From NCBI GenBank assembly GCA_002104905.1, contig MCFE01000198.1:62001-126000 (forward strand): a stretch of 64,000 nucleotides of DNA, read 5' to 3'. Origin of the DNA: Basidiobolus meristosporus CBS 931.73. Taxonomy: Eukaryota; Fungi; Basidiobolomycota. Made by a program: the position numbers and the translations under genes. Within the stretch, counting starts at the first letter, position 1. Every line of letters begins with the position of its first letter. The notes under the pieces are model-generated. The model was not told the DNA's origin, made no database searches, and saw nothing but the letters and a program-made list of their open reading frames with translations. Positions 10,629 to 23,040 of the stretch are shown here, in pieces.

Positions 10629-12989
10629 ATGGTTATGTACGTTAAGAAGCGTGATGGCAGACAGGAGCGGGTTGCTTTTGACAAGATCACCGCCCGAGTG
10701 AACAAACTGTGCTACGGACTAGACACCAACTACATCGACTCCGCCGCTGTGGCCCAGCGCGTTATTTCTGGCGTTTATGAGGGTGTTACAACTCAGGAGC
10801 TGGACAACCTTGCTGCCGAAACCGCCGCCTATATGACCACAAAGCACCCCGACTATGCTATTTTGGCCGCACGTATCGCCATATCAAACCTTCATAAGGA
10901 GACCAAGAAGCAGTTCTCCGCTGTCATGCATGACCTGTATCACTACGTCAATCCCAAAAACGAGAAGCCTTCTCCCAAAATCGCCAAAGAGACCTATGAG
11001 ATCATCATGAAGAATGCGGAGCGTCTGGACTCGGCCATCATCTACGACAGAGATTTCAACTTCAATTACTTCGGTTTCAAGACTCTTGAACGCTCTTACC
11101 TACTGAAACTGGACAACCAGGTCGCCGAGAGACCACAACACATGGTCATGAGAGTGGCCGTTGGGATCCACGGCGAGGATATCGATGCTGCCATCGAGAC
11201 ATACAACTACATGTCCGAGAAGTACTTCACTCATGCCTCGCCAACCCTGTTCAACGCCGGCACCCCAGTCCCCCAGATGAGCAGTTGCTTCCTGGTTTCC
11301 ATGAAGGAAGACTCGATCGATGGGATCTACGACACACTGAAGACCTGTGCCCTCATCTCCAAATCTGCCGGTGGCATTGGGCTGAACGTGCACAAGATCC
11401 GTGCCTCCGGATCCTACATTGCCGGCACCAACGGTACCTCCAACGGGCTGATCCCCATGCTTCGAGTATTCAACAACACCGCCAGATACGTCGACCAAGG
11501 TGGCAACAAGCGACCCGGCGCCTTTGCCATCTACCTCGAGCCATGGCACTATGACATCCTGGACTTCTTGGACTTGCGTAAGAACACCGGCAAGGAGGAA
11601 TCCAGAGCCCGTGATCTCTTCTACGCGTTGTGGATCTCCGACCTGTTCATGAAGCGTGTCGAGAAGGATGAGGACTGGAGCCTGTTCTGCCCCGCGGAGG
11701 CCCCTGGCCTCGAGGATTGCTGGGGTGAAGAGTTCGAGAAGCTGTACATTTCGTACGAACGCAAGGGGCTCGCCCGCAAGACCATCAAGGCCCAGAAGCT
11801 GTGGTACGCCATCCTGGATGCCCAGATCGAGACCGGCAACCCATTCATGCTCTACAAAGACTCGTGCAACCGCAAGTCGAACCAACAGAACCTCGGTACC
11901 ATCAAGTCCAGCAATCTCTGCTGCGAGATCGTGGAGTACTCCAGCCCCGAAGAGGTGGCTGTCTGCAATCTTGCCAGTTTGGCGCTCCCCACGTTCGTTA
12001 CTTCCAAGGACCACTACAACTTCGAGGAGCTCCACAAGGTCACCAAGATCCTTACCAAGAATCTCAACAAGGTGATCGATGTCAACTACTACCCGATCGA
12101 GGAGGCTCGCCGCTCCAACATGCGCCACCGACCGGTCGGTCTAGGCGTTCAGGGACTCGCCGATGCCTTCATCAAGATGCGCCTACCCTTCGAGTCCGCA
12201 GGTGCGATCGAGCTGAACAAGAAGATCTTCGAAACCATCTACCACGCTGCGTTGGAAGCATCCTGCGAGCTTGCTCAGCGCGATGGCCCCTACGAGACGT
12301 ATGAAGGATCTCCCGTTTCCCAGGGAATCTTGCAGTACGACATGTGGGGTGTCACCCCTACCGATCTGTGGGACTGGGACGAGCTGAAGGCGAAGATCGC
12401 CAAGCACGGCGTGCGCAACTCCCTCCTGGTAGCCCCCATGCCCACCGCATCCACCTCGCAGATCCTTGGCTTCAACGAGTGTTTCGAGCCCTACACATCG
12501 AACATCTACACCCGCAGAGTGTTGGCCGGCGAATTCCAGATCGTCAACCCATGGCTGCTTAAAGACCTAGTTGAGCTAGGTCTCTGGAACGACAGCCTGA
12601 AGAACCGAATCATCGCGGACAGCGGCTCCATTCAGAATATACCCTCGATTCCCAAGGAGCTCAAGGAGCTTTACAAGACCGTGTGGGAGATCAAGCAGAA
12701 GGTGATCGTCGATATGGCTGCCGACAGAGGGGCGTTCATTGACCAGTCCCAGTCACTCAACATCTTCATCGCCGAGCCCTCCTACCCCAAGCTCACCTCC
12801 ATGCACTTCTACGGTTGGAAGAAGGGCCTCAAGACTGGCATGTACTACTTGAGAACCCGGCCCGCCGCCGATGCCATCCAGTTCACCGTGGACCAGCTGG
12901 CGTTGAAGATGGAGGGGAATGCGATCGAGGACGCCAAGCTACAATGCTCTATCGACAACAAAGATGCGTGTATGATGTGTAGCGGATAG
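10629..12989 (+). CDS. RNR1: Ribonucleoside-diphosphate reductase large subunit (class Ia), intronless
   Basis: ATP cone ([17 protein letters not shown]), SSCFL, NLCCEI radical site, GMYYLRT and C-terminal CMMCSG redox pair; 786 aa. Confidence 0.98.
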   Translation: MVMYVKKRDGRQERVAFDKITARVNKLCYGLDTNYIDSAAVAQRVISGVYEGVTTQELDNLAAETAAYMTTKHPDYAILAARIAISNLHKETKKQFSAVMHDLYHYVNPKNEKPSPKIAKETYEIIMKNAERLDSAIIYDRDFNFNYFGFKTLERSYLLKLDNQVAERPQHMVMRVAVGIHGEDIDAAIETYNYMSEKYFTHASPTLFNAGTPVPQMSSCFLVSMKEDSIDGIYDTLKTCALISKSAGGIGLNVHKIRASGSYIAGTNGTSNGLIPMLRVFNNTARYVDQGGNKRPGAFAIYLEPWHYDILDFLDLRKNTGKEESRARDLFYALWISDLFMKRVEKDEDWSLFCPAEAPGLEDCWGEEFEKLYISYERKGLARKTIKAQKLWYAILDAQIETGNPFMLYKDSCNRKSNQQNLGTIKSSNLCCEIVEYSSPEEVAVCNLASLALPTFVTSKDHYNFEELHKVTKILTKNLNKVIDVNYYPIEEARRSNMRHRPVGLGVQGLADAFIKMRLPFESAGAIELNKKIFETIYHAALEASCELAQRDGPYETYEGSPVSQGILQYDMWGVTPTDLWDWDELKAKIAKHGVRNSLLVAPMPTASTSQILGFNECFEPYTSNIYTRRVLAGEFQIVNPWLLKDLVELGLWNDSLKNRIIADSGSIQNIPSIPKELKELYKTVWEIKQKVIVDMAADRGAFIDQSQSLNIFIAEPSYPKLTSMHFYGWKKGLKTGMYYLRTRPAADAIQFTVDQLALKMEGNAIEDAKLQCSIDNKDACMMCSG

Positions 12990-13125
12990 ATATTTATTTC
13001 CATGTAATCAAGAGAATCAGGAGGAATGTACCAATAAATTATCCCGAATTTTGTCATCAATGTCCGCGAAACCTCGATATTTTACTGAGAGGGTGCCAAT
13101 AGAATTTTGTCATGGATGCAGTCGG

Positions 13126-14438
13126 CTACATCTCCTCCAGGATGGTGATCCCAACCATCAGGCCAATGCCGACGAACATCGCGACAATCTGCCAGAAGGA
13201 CTCCAGGATCTTCTTGCCGACGGTGGTGGCCTCCGAGTCGTCCGAAAGGAGCTCGGGTATCACCCCCACGGTTGCGATGTAGATGAACCCACCCGCGGTG
13301 GCGGGGATGATCATCTCACTGGCGGTGACGATGGAGTCGCTTTCGCCACCTAGCACTCCCTTCAATATAGGAATCATATCTGGATTCCTGGTGGCCTCCT
13401 CGATGATCACTCCTACCACTGTGCCCATGAACGCGCCGATGGCGGTCACGAATTGCGCACCCAGCGCCCGGCTTCTGCTGAATCCGGACTGTATCAGAAT
13501 AGCGTAGTCGCCCACTTCGTGGGGAATCTCGTGGAAGAACACCGCGGCGAAGGTCGAGATCCCGATGGCAGGGGAGGTGTAGAACGATGCGGCGATGGCC
13601 AGTCCGTCGGTGAAGTTGTGGGTCATATCTGCAATCAAATTAAGGTAGGCTGATAGGTTGACCTTCTGGGAAGTGGCCTCTTGCGCCACGGGCTGTTCCT
13701 GCTCAGTGTCGGTTTTCTTGCGTTGTCGTAGTTGTGCGTCGGTCCCGACCTCGCTCACCGAGCTGCTCTTGCCTTCGATTTTTTCTTGAGGGCTGTGGGA
13801 GTGGGAGTGGAGTGGGAGTGGGAATGCCCATCTCCGCCACTGGCAATTCGCATAAATTTGTCCAACAGGAAGAAAAATAGGAAGCCCCCAAATATTCCCA
13901 AGCCGACGTACAGGTTACGCCATTTGAGCGTTTCCTCGTTGAGCTTGGTCACCTCGCCATGCTCGCCCAAAAACACCTGCGGAAGCAGGTGCAAGAAGAC
14001 ATCCCCCAACAAACCACCAACAGCGAAGCTCACGAGAATGTTCAGGCTACTTGGGCGTATGTTGGGCGGGACGAAAAACAAAATGAAGTTCGGAAACAGG
14101 GAGATGTAGGCGGTAGCCAAGAAGGAGGAGATCATCGGGCTCTCCGAGAACAGGAAGCTGAAGGTAGACTTCCCTTCGGTTCTCGTGCTCGCCTCATCCG
14201 GAGACTTGCGGTTCAGGCCAAAGAATTTATGAAAGGGGCAATCGGCTGGATCTCCGGCTGGGATGTCCCCGTGGTACTTCTTGGCCAGCTCCTCAGGACT
14301 TCCCTGAAATAAACTTTCCTCTGACGGACCTGGCTTAGCCCTGTGTCCGGCACATAATATGGCACCAAAGACTACTATCAAAAGTAGAAGGACCAAGAGT
14401 TTGCTTCTTCTGTTTTTCAAAGACCCACCAGATTGCAT
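13126..14438 (-). CDS. YKE4: ZIP7/Yke4/KE4-type zinc transporter, interrupted by a 1-bp frameshift at ~13810
   Basis: ATG at 14438 (MQSGGSLKNRRSKLLVLLLL), SFAVGGLLGDVFLHLLP, His-Ser loop, AYLNLIADMTHNFTDG, FFHEIPHEVGDYAILI. The two halves sit in different frames, joined at a GTGGGA repeat in which one unit lacks a G. Confidence 0.9.
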
Positions 14439-14686
14439 CTTCGCAGTTGGTCGGTACGCAAACAGGGGATGTGCGAATAAAATGCTTTCAGGAGTAGTGA
14501 GCGCTTGAGCGGTGTTAACGTACCGTGAATCCGAGAAATAGGCTGGTTTCAATTGGTAGATGATTTCAAATCAATTTGCAACAAAGCCAAACATTGGGAT
14601 TTAATGCGTGTTTATTATCGTACAGTATAGAGAAAAGAATCGAGGTCTAGCACAATATGCGACCCTCCACCTCTCGTTCACGCTGC

Positions 14687-16763
14687 CTAGAGCATGGCAA
14701 GGGTCTTCTTCGCTTCTTCCATTTTCTTCATTCGCTTCTCTACCTTCAGTTTGCCAGAGCTCTTTCCATGGAATTTGTGAGATTGAGCACGGAACGCCTC
14801 TTTCTGATTCGCGGGGTTGCCGAACTCATCAGAATATTCCAAATGGACGTCGGGCTTATAATTCTCGAAGCGTTTCCACTCGTCATCCACATCTCTACGG
14901 CGGTCTCGAGAGCGAGATCTGTCACGGGAATACCGATCTCTGGATCTTGAGGGTGAACGCTCACGACGAGAAGACGACCCACTACTCTGCGTTCTTTGCT
15001 CCGAAATCCATCTCTGTCTCTCTCTCTGAATCTTTTCACGCTCTTTCTGCTCCTCAGTCATACCCTCGTATATTCCCTTCTGTTGAAGTAGAGCCAATGT
15101 TGCTGCAAGACCGCTACTAACTAAAGGCTCCTCTTCAACAATAGCCACCGATTGCTCTTTCACCGCTGGGGTCTCTGCTGTGGAATCGACCGCGGCATCA
15201 ATCTCCATTGAATCGGCTTGAGGGGCTGATATAGGCTGTGGGCTGGCAGCTCTCTCCCGATGCTGCACCCCAGTAGGGTTTATGGGCAAAGTAGGGATGG
15301 ATCCCAAGTTCTTCACAAACTCTGAGGTGTCATCAATGATGAGGCCACCCTGTGAATCGTCAGCGACTGCTTCATTAGTCTCTAGCACAGCTTTGGCAAC
15401 CTCCTCGATGCTCCGCTTTTGCTTTTTCACTGCTAGTCTCCGGGCTCTCGCCAAAGCTTGCTGCAGATCTTCGTCATCAACGAAATTGGCCTCGTCTTGG
15501 TTGGTATATCTATTGGTTGTAGAAGTGGCCGGAGTATTCGAATCCAACTCCATATCGGCCTCTTGTTTGTTCTTTTCGTTGGAATCGTCCAAGAAGCCCA
15601 AGTCGGCCTTGCGTCTGGAGCTCTTCTTTTTCTTCTTCTTTGGCTTTTTGAATGTGACCTCAACCTCTTCAGCTGTGTAGTAATCCTGGATCTCATTCAT
15701 TTTCTCGAATGATAATGTAACAGCCTGTGACTTTAGCTTTGCCGCGACCTCTTCACGTTCACGCTCTCGATCCAATGAGGCTTCCCCCTTTGAATTCAGA
15801 ACAAAGAAATCCTTCTTTGGACCATCGATTTCTTCGTCATAGTGTGAAAGTATAGATCTCTTTTGACCAATGTCCCCTTGAAACTCTTCATCGTCATATC
15901 CAGTATAAATGGGTCGCTTCTTTTTGTTTTCTATGTTTTGACGTAATTTCTCCTGTTCCTCTAACTGGATATTTGACAACTCATCGCCATTTTCTTCCAG
16001 GATGTTACTATCCTTTAGAGTAAGAATCACTTCTCCGCTCTCAAAGTCACCAAGATTGTGCGCGACCTTCATTCCACTAAGGCTATCTAAAAGAAGAAAA
16101 CACCATAAATATATGCATTGAAGCAGACAGTAAACAATTCGATTGAGTTGTTTGGAACTATGCTCTACCTCCAGAGTATTTGACTTTTGCTGATTGCTCA
16201 AGCTCAGCATCCAGATTGTTCAACTCCTGCATTCGCTTCTTGGCCAACTCTTTCTCTCTCTGTCGTGACTTCTTTACCCAATCCAAAGTATCATCAACAT
16301 CCGCCTCATCTCCCAATCCTTGACCTGAAAGCTTTTCATTTAACTTTCTCCTACTTTTCGACCTATGGTTGTGTAAAAAAAGGGGATCCGTTAGAACTGT
16401 CTCTGGTCCAGTACTACAAAAATAAATATGCTTACTTTTCTATTCTCGCCTTGACCTCTTGAGTTGCACTTTTTGCCGCTTGCTCCTCTTGGTATTTGGT
16501 ATAATTCTCTTCAGCCGCCCGATCTTTCGTGGATCCTTTTCCAGGTTCCAGTGGTTTCAGACCTAGAGAGATACGTAGCTTACTTTAAGAATCGAAAGTT
16601 AATAAATCAATCCAGTATGCCGAGACTATGTAAATTAAAGAAACATTCGAAGCGTTCAGTCGAAATTTCAAGTGCAGGAATAGATCGGTTGAATTGACAG
16701 GCGAACTTACTTTGTTTCTTCAAAAGAGAGAGAGCTCTCGCCACCAGAACGATCTTCATCCAT
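14687..16763 (-). CDS. SNU66: U4/U6.U5 tri-snRNP protein SART1/Snu66 (4 exons)
   Basis: Exon 1 (16763-16711) joined to exon 2 (16582-16436) rebuilds the HIND motif SLSFEETNKLRISLGLKPL. The large exon has GMKVAHNLGDF, VILTLKDSNIL, EEPLVSSGLAATL, YKPDVHLEYSDEFG, AFRAQSHKFHGKSSGK. Confidence 0.93.
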
Positions 16764-16985
16764 TTCTTCGGAGCAGCGTTAGTTCACAACAAAGAGTAGA
16801 TTTCCAGTGCCATTGTACAGTTGTATATATTTATGGAGAATATATCTGCAGGAAGTCTCATGATTGATTAAATTAACCCATCTTTGGGATGGGTGCGGGG
16901 AACAAAAAATTTTGATGATTCTAACTTTGAAAAGGTTAGAGGTGAGTGGGAATTTCCTGACTTCACTTTCGTATTTCTTACTATA

Positions 16986-17438
16986 ATGTTTGGTGCGTTC
17001 CGTAGTACTTTCGTCGCTCAAGGTGGTCTTCTTTGGTAAGTATAACGAAGAGCCGATCCAATTTGCACATAAAACTGATACTAAAGTGACCTTGTATAAA
17101 GGAAAGTACCTTTCCGTCTGAGTAAGACACGCAAAGCCAACGTCCGTAAGAGACTTAGAGCGGTTGATGATGTCATTCAAGCTGTTAGCAGCTCCGGCAT
17201 CGAATGCAAAGCTCTCGTAAGTAGCAGCTAATACCCGCGATACACTCGACAACACCATTCATAGGTATGCTCTATATAGGAAACTGCGCAAAAACTTCCA
17301 CGCTGCACAGAGATGAGCAAATGGCAAAAATACACGGTATTCTCCAAGAAGTTCCCTGGTCACCGCAAGCCAGTTCACAAAGTGCAGAAATTCACCAAGA
17401 CTCCCATCCCTAGAGAATATCCTGAGGGCTTCTTATAA
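16986..17438 (+). CDS. MRPL31: Mitochondrial ribosomal protein L31 (mL60), 3 exons
   Basis: Exons 16986-17035, 17102-17216 and 17280-17438 give MFGAFRSTFVAQGGLLWKVPFRLSKTRKANVRKRLRAVDDVI...EMSKWQKYTVFSKKFPGHRKPVHKVQKFTK. This matches the fungal MRPL31 pattern (GGLLWKxPWR; RKxxHKVPKWTK). Confidence 0.9.
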
Positions 17439-17547
17439 GCTCAGGGACACATAGCGTTTCATGCATACATTCCATTCACCTCATCATTTTCTCTGAAATA
17501 AACACCAGATTTCCATTACTTGACATATCACCGAGCATACACTCAAA

Positions 17548-17625
17548 TTTACAACCGCATTCACATTCACATTCACATTCACACTCACATTTGCATTCTA
17601 TTCATATTCAAGTTCACGTTCATCA
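17548..17625. repeat. Degenerate hexamer (CACATT/TTCACA)n microsatellite
   Basis: gcattcacattcacattcacattcacactcacatttgcattc... between MRPL31 and RPP1. Confidence 0.7.
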
Positions 17626-17790
17626 CATCCATTCCGATAGCCAATAAATTCAGCGGCAAAAAGATTTTTTTTCTCAAAAATTCTCCTTTACCCAGGATAG
17701 TAAGTAGTGAATGTAACAAAAGAGGCCGAGCATTGCGACCACTTGTTCCTTCTCCTTTACATTTGTAGCCTTTGAGCCATCCAGATCGAA

Positions 17791-18167
17791 ATGTCTGCCG
17801 AACAAGCTATTGTCTACGCTGCTCTCATCCTTCAAGATGACGGTGTTGAGATCACCGTACGTATTGTTCATCCCCAGCCTCGATGATTTAGCCACTAACT
17901 CCGTTCATATAGGCTGATAAACTCACTGCCCTCACCAAGGCTGCCAACGTCGAAGTTGAACCCGTCTGGGCTTCCCTCTTCGCCAAGGCTTTGGCTGGCA
18001 AGGACCTCAAGGACTTGTTGATGAACGTTGGTTCTGCTGGTTCCGCCCCCGCCGCCGCTGCTGGTGGTGCCGCCGCCGGTGCCGCTGAGGCTGCCCCCGC
18101 TGCTGAAGAGAAGGAAGAGGCCAAGGAAGAGTCTGATGACGATATGGGCTTCGGTCTTTTCGATTAA
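17791..18167 (+). CDS. RPP1: 60S acidic ribosomal protein P1, one intron (17857-17912)
   Basis: [22 protein letters not shown]|[27 protein letters not shown]...[20 protein letters not shown]. Confidence 0.97.
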
Positions 18168-18671
18168 GCGGATGTTATATCAAATACGTAAACCCGTCAT
18201 CAATAAACAAGATATCGTAACACGTCTAATGGATGCTTGCGAAATGACTATGGATATGTTGCAACTGCCGTGTCTTGAATGTTTCGATTCTGTAGTTTAA
18301 TTTGCTGTGGTATTAGGTGTGTGGGATGCCAAGTGGAATGCTGGTCCTCTCTGAACCCTCAGAGTTGGCGTTTGCTCATTATCGTATTAAAAGGCTAAAT
18401 TTCGAAGCGAAGCACTTTATGTGTGCATCCGCCCTCAATTAGGTGTTTTAAACCATTACAGGATTAGTGGGAGTATTGAATGCCTTATGTAGTGATACAT
18501 TTTGCCTGATACCCACAATCTATCTGTTGACCGGCTAGAAGCTGGCAATACTTGGGCGTAATAACTGTATTTTCAATATAAATATGACTGCACTGCACTG
18601 CACTTATTACTCACCAACATGGTTGCTAATCCATACCACTTATAATGCTGTATTGTTATACATTTAATTTC

Positions 18672-18854
18672 TGTTGTAAAAATTTGTAATTGCACCTAAA
18701 TATTGACCAAACTTCATCACTTAGAGCAATACCTACAAATGTTAGAATATTTTCACATAAATATCTGGTACCCAGAGCATGAAAATTAGAAAAGTTGCCC
18801 AAACAGCCCCAAACTTGGCACACATGTTCTTGGGACCTTCCTAAACCTATTATA
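18672..18854 (+). mobile_element. 5' part of a Copia family A LTR, interrupted by element A1
   Basis: Starts TGTTGTAAAAATTTGTAATT and aligns to the ~345-bp family A LTR until a second LTR begins at 18855. Confidence 0.85.
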
Positions 18855-19186
18855 TGTTGTAATAATTTGTAATTCCACCTAAATATTCACCTAACTTAGT
18901 CACTTAGATCATTATCTTCAAATCCTAGAGAATACTGACCAAATTCCTTGCCAGGATTTACTTAGAATATTTACCCAGAACATGAAAGTTAGATAAGTTG
19001 TCCAAACAGCCCCAAAGTTTGCACACATGTTCTTGGGACCTTCCTAAGCCAGTTCTATGTGTTGGTTATGCCATGACCATGTAAAAATATAAATACTACT
19101 TTTACATTCAATATATTATCAAGTGAAAGCCACATAATCTACTTGTCCTCCCAATCACTTCCAATATCTCCAAGACTCTTACAATA

Positions 19187-19198
19187 GGTTATGAGCCC
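19187..19198 (+). promoter_or_regulatory. Primer-binding site complementary to the initiator tRNA-Met anticodon stem-loop
   Basis: GGTTATGAGCCC immediately after the LTR is the complement of GGGCTCATAACC; variants at 24703-24714 (minus), 57811 and 50979. Confidence 0.8.
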
Positions 19199-22100
19199 CA
19201 TGTTATTACTCTCTGCAATGTCTACTACTGCTATTACTGGAATTTTTCCCTCTGCTGAAAAGTTGGATGGATCTAACTGCCAAGTGTGGAAGGTGAAGAT
19301 GAAGATGCTGCTACAAGAAAGTGTTGTAAGAGTCTTAGAGATATTGGAAGTGATTGGGAGGACAAGTAGATTATGTGGCTTTCACTTGATAATATATTGA
19401 ATGTAAAGGCAGTATTTATATTTTTACATGGTTATGGCATAGCAAACACATAGAATAGATCAAGGATGATCCCAAGAACATGTGTGCAGAGTTTGGGGCT
19501 GTTTGGACAACTTTGAGAATTTTCATGTTCTGGGTACCTGGTATTTTGGTGAAAGTATTCTAAGTAAATCCCAACAAGGAATTTGGTCAGTATTCTCTAG
19601 GATTTGAAGGTAATGATCTAAGTGACTAAGTTAGGTGAATATTTTGGTGGAATTACAAATTCTTACAGCACTCCCACTCAGCTAAATGTTCATACTGACT
19701 AGTCCTAATTTTGACTAAAGATATTCAAACTTGTCTCTAGCTAATGGTTTGGTAAATATGTCAGCAATCATTTCATCTGAAGGACAGTAAACTAAACTAA
19801 CCAAGTTATTTTCTATTGCTTCATGTATGAAATGATGCCTAATATCTATGTGCTTAGTTCTAGCATGAAAAGTTGGATTTCTACCTAATTTTATACATCC
19901 TTGATTATCTTGAAATAAAGTAATAGGAGTTTTTTTGACATAGGCCTAAATCTGAAAAAGCTTTCTTAACCACACTGCTTCTTTTGTAGCTTCACAGGCT
20001 GCCATATATTTGCCTCTGTGGTAGACAGTGCAATGGTGGGTTGCTTTCTTGAACTCCATGAAATTGCTCCTTGACAGTAAAGAAAGGTGTATCCTGTGGT
20101 GGATCTTCTGTCTTCCAAATTTTGTTTCCAATCTGCATCAGAGTATCCCACAAGATCCTATTGTGAATCCTTATAAGTGTATCTTAAGCAGATATCAGCA
20201 GTTCCTTTTAGGTATCTAAAAATCTGCTTAACTGCTGCAATATGATCAGATCCATATTTCTGACTATCTTGGCTGACAACTCCCACTGAATATGAGATAT
20301 CTGGACATGTTCCAAGCATGATATACATCAGACTGCCAACCATAGATTTATATGGAAAGTAAGGGCTTTCAGGTGGCACCAAGCTCTCTTGATTTGGTTG
20401 AGTTTTGACCTAGTTAAGGTTTATCTCCATTGGGGTAGCTGCCGGTTTACAGTCTTCCATTTGGTACTTCATTAGAATATCTTGAATATACTTGGATTGG
20501 ATTAGGGTAATAGTCTGGGTACTTCTGTCTATGGAGAGCTTAGTCCCTAAGTAGTAACTGAGTTCTCCTAGACCGGACATCTTGAACTCCTTAGATAGGC
20601 TGGATTTAGTCTCTTCCAATGTTTTTAGGTTATTGGTGGCTATAATAAGATCATGCACATATGGTGCTAATAGAGCTGGATTTGCTCTATCTGGCTTATA
20701 GTATATACTATAGTCAGCCTTACTCCTTTTGAAACTCAACAATTCCAAATAAGAATCTATCTTGCAATTCCAGGCTCATGGCAATTATTTGAGACCATAT
20801 AGTGACTTTTTAAGCTTGCAGACCAAATGGGTTTATCTTGGTCAACAAACCCATCAGGCTGGTCCATATTCATGTCCTCATCAAGTTCTCCATTCAAAAA
20901 AGCAGTTTTTACATCCATTGGATGAATAAAAAACTTATATTTGGCTGCAATAGCCAATATTAATCTGATAGAATTAAACTTGGCTACCAGTGCAAATGTC
21001 TCAGTATAGTCAAGTCCTTCTGTTTGAGAGTATCATTTGGCCACAAGTCTTGCTTTGTATCTTTCAAGTGTACCATCAGCCTTGTATTTTGTCTTGAAGA
21101 CCCATCTGCATCCAATTGATTTAAGGTTGATTGGTAATTTGACAAAGTCACAAGTTTGATTTTCCATCAGGGCCTGATATTCATCAGTCATTGCAGATCT
21201 CCAAAACTTTGTCTGAGGGCTATTTAGGGCCTCTTTTACAGTCTGGGGCTCATCAATATGGAATGAATAGGCTTAGGCTAAGTTTGTACCTTGATTGATA
21301 TAGTAATTTGGGCTATTTCTAGTCCAATTCAATCTCCAGGCATTTAATACTGGAATGATCCCTTCTGGGATATTCCTGGGCACTGATTCAGGCTGAACCA
21401 TGGTGATAGAGTCCTCTGGAGTGAAAAAATTTTCATTGTTTTGCACATATTCAATCCTGACAATTGGTGAACTTGAGATCATATTTTTGTCATCATTTGA
21501 TGTCACTTTTTGTGAAAATTTTGAATCTTCATCAAACAACACATCCCTGGACTTGAATAGCTTTTTTGCTTTGGTATTATAGAGTCTGTATGCTTTACTC
21601 TCATTGCAGTAGCCCAAAAATATGCATTTTACACTTTTTGGCTCAAATTTTGACCAATTTACGGGCAGTTTCTTGGCATATGCTGTACACCCAAAAATTC
21701 TTAGATGTTCTGCACTTGATCTATATCCATACCATGCTTCAAATGGAATAGAATCACAAAGTATCCTGTTATAACTCTTATTTTTAAGGAAATAAGCAGT
21801 GGCAACTGATTCCACCCAAAAATTGTAGTATAATTTTTGATCATGGATCATAGATCTTGCCATATCAATTGTTGATCTGTTAGCACATTCTGCTACTCCA
21901 TTTTGCTGTGGGGAGTATGGTACATTAGTCACTTGCTTACCCCATGAATTTTGCAGAAGTGGATGAAGAGTTTTGAGGTATATTCTCCACCATTGTCAGA
22001 GCATATTTTCTTGATTTTTTCACCAGTTTCTCTCTCCACCATGGCTTTGAGCTCCCTGAGCTTAGAAAGAGCTTCTTCCTCTTTCTCTATGAAGTAGACT

Positions 22101-23040
22101 CATGTGTATCTTGTATAATCATCAATAAATGTGATTAAATACTTCATTCCGCCTTAGGATAAACTTTGTATAGGTTCACACAGATCTGAGTGAATTAGAT
22201 CTATTTTTCTTAGTTTTGATTAACTCAGAGCTCTTGAATGGTTGTCTGCCTTGTTTCCCACATATGCAGGCCTCACAGTGCTCCAAACTAGCTGGGGGAT
22301 CAATTTTAATACGGAAATTAGCTGATATTTGATCATTTTGTGCAAATAATCAAAATTAATGTGTCCAAATCTCCTGTGCCAAAGCATTGGTGTTTCTTAA
22401 CTTAAGTTACTTTTATTGGCTTCCAGATATGATGGAATACAAGTCAACTTGTATAGATTCTGATCTCTGATACCCAAAGCAATATTGGCACCATTTTGAT
22501 CAGTGATCTTGCATCTAGAATTGTCAAAGCTGAAACTGAGTCCTTCTGCTGTGGCCTTGCTTACAGATAGTAGGTTCTTGGCTATTTCTGGTACATAGAG
22601 TACTTCATTAAAGGTTAGTGTATGGCTTCCTTCACTGCTTCTTAGGTTTACTTGGATAGTTCCTTCTCCCACTGCATCTAGTGTTCTATTGTTACCAATG
22701 AGTACCTTTGTAATTGGAGTTTCTTGATATTGAGTAAAAAGTTCTTTTTGGTGTGCAAAGTGCTGAGATGTTCTAGAGTCAATATGCCATGTCTGAGAAT
22801 CCCTGCTTGTGGTCATATTTAGTGCAGATATGAATAGTCTATCTTCAGTTGTTGCAGCATTTCCGTATTCAGGCTTCTTTTGCTGATTATCTCTGTTTTT
22901 GAAACACCAGTCTGATGTGTGTCCTTTCCTTTTGCAGTAGTTGCAAAACAGGTTGCAGTTGCCTTTGTAGGGTCTTGAGTACCTCCTTTGTTGGTTATCA
23001 TTGCTTATTAAAGCATTTTCTTCTTCCTTCTTATTGGTGC

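Noticed and set aside
11100-12407. Overlapping and antisense ORFs within RNR1 (for example 342 aa on the minus strand)
   Set aside because: Expected by-product of GC-rich third codon positions.
16067-16210. N-terminus of ORF 14687-16210 as the SNU66 start
   Set aside because: It reads through an intron; the true upstream exons lie at 16763-16711, 16582-16436 and ~16362-16170.
16779-17258. 159-aa minus-strand ORF upstream of SNU66
   Set aside because: Antisense to the spliced MRPL31 gene; SNU66 begins at 16763 with its HIND motif.
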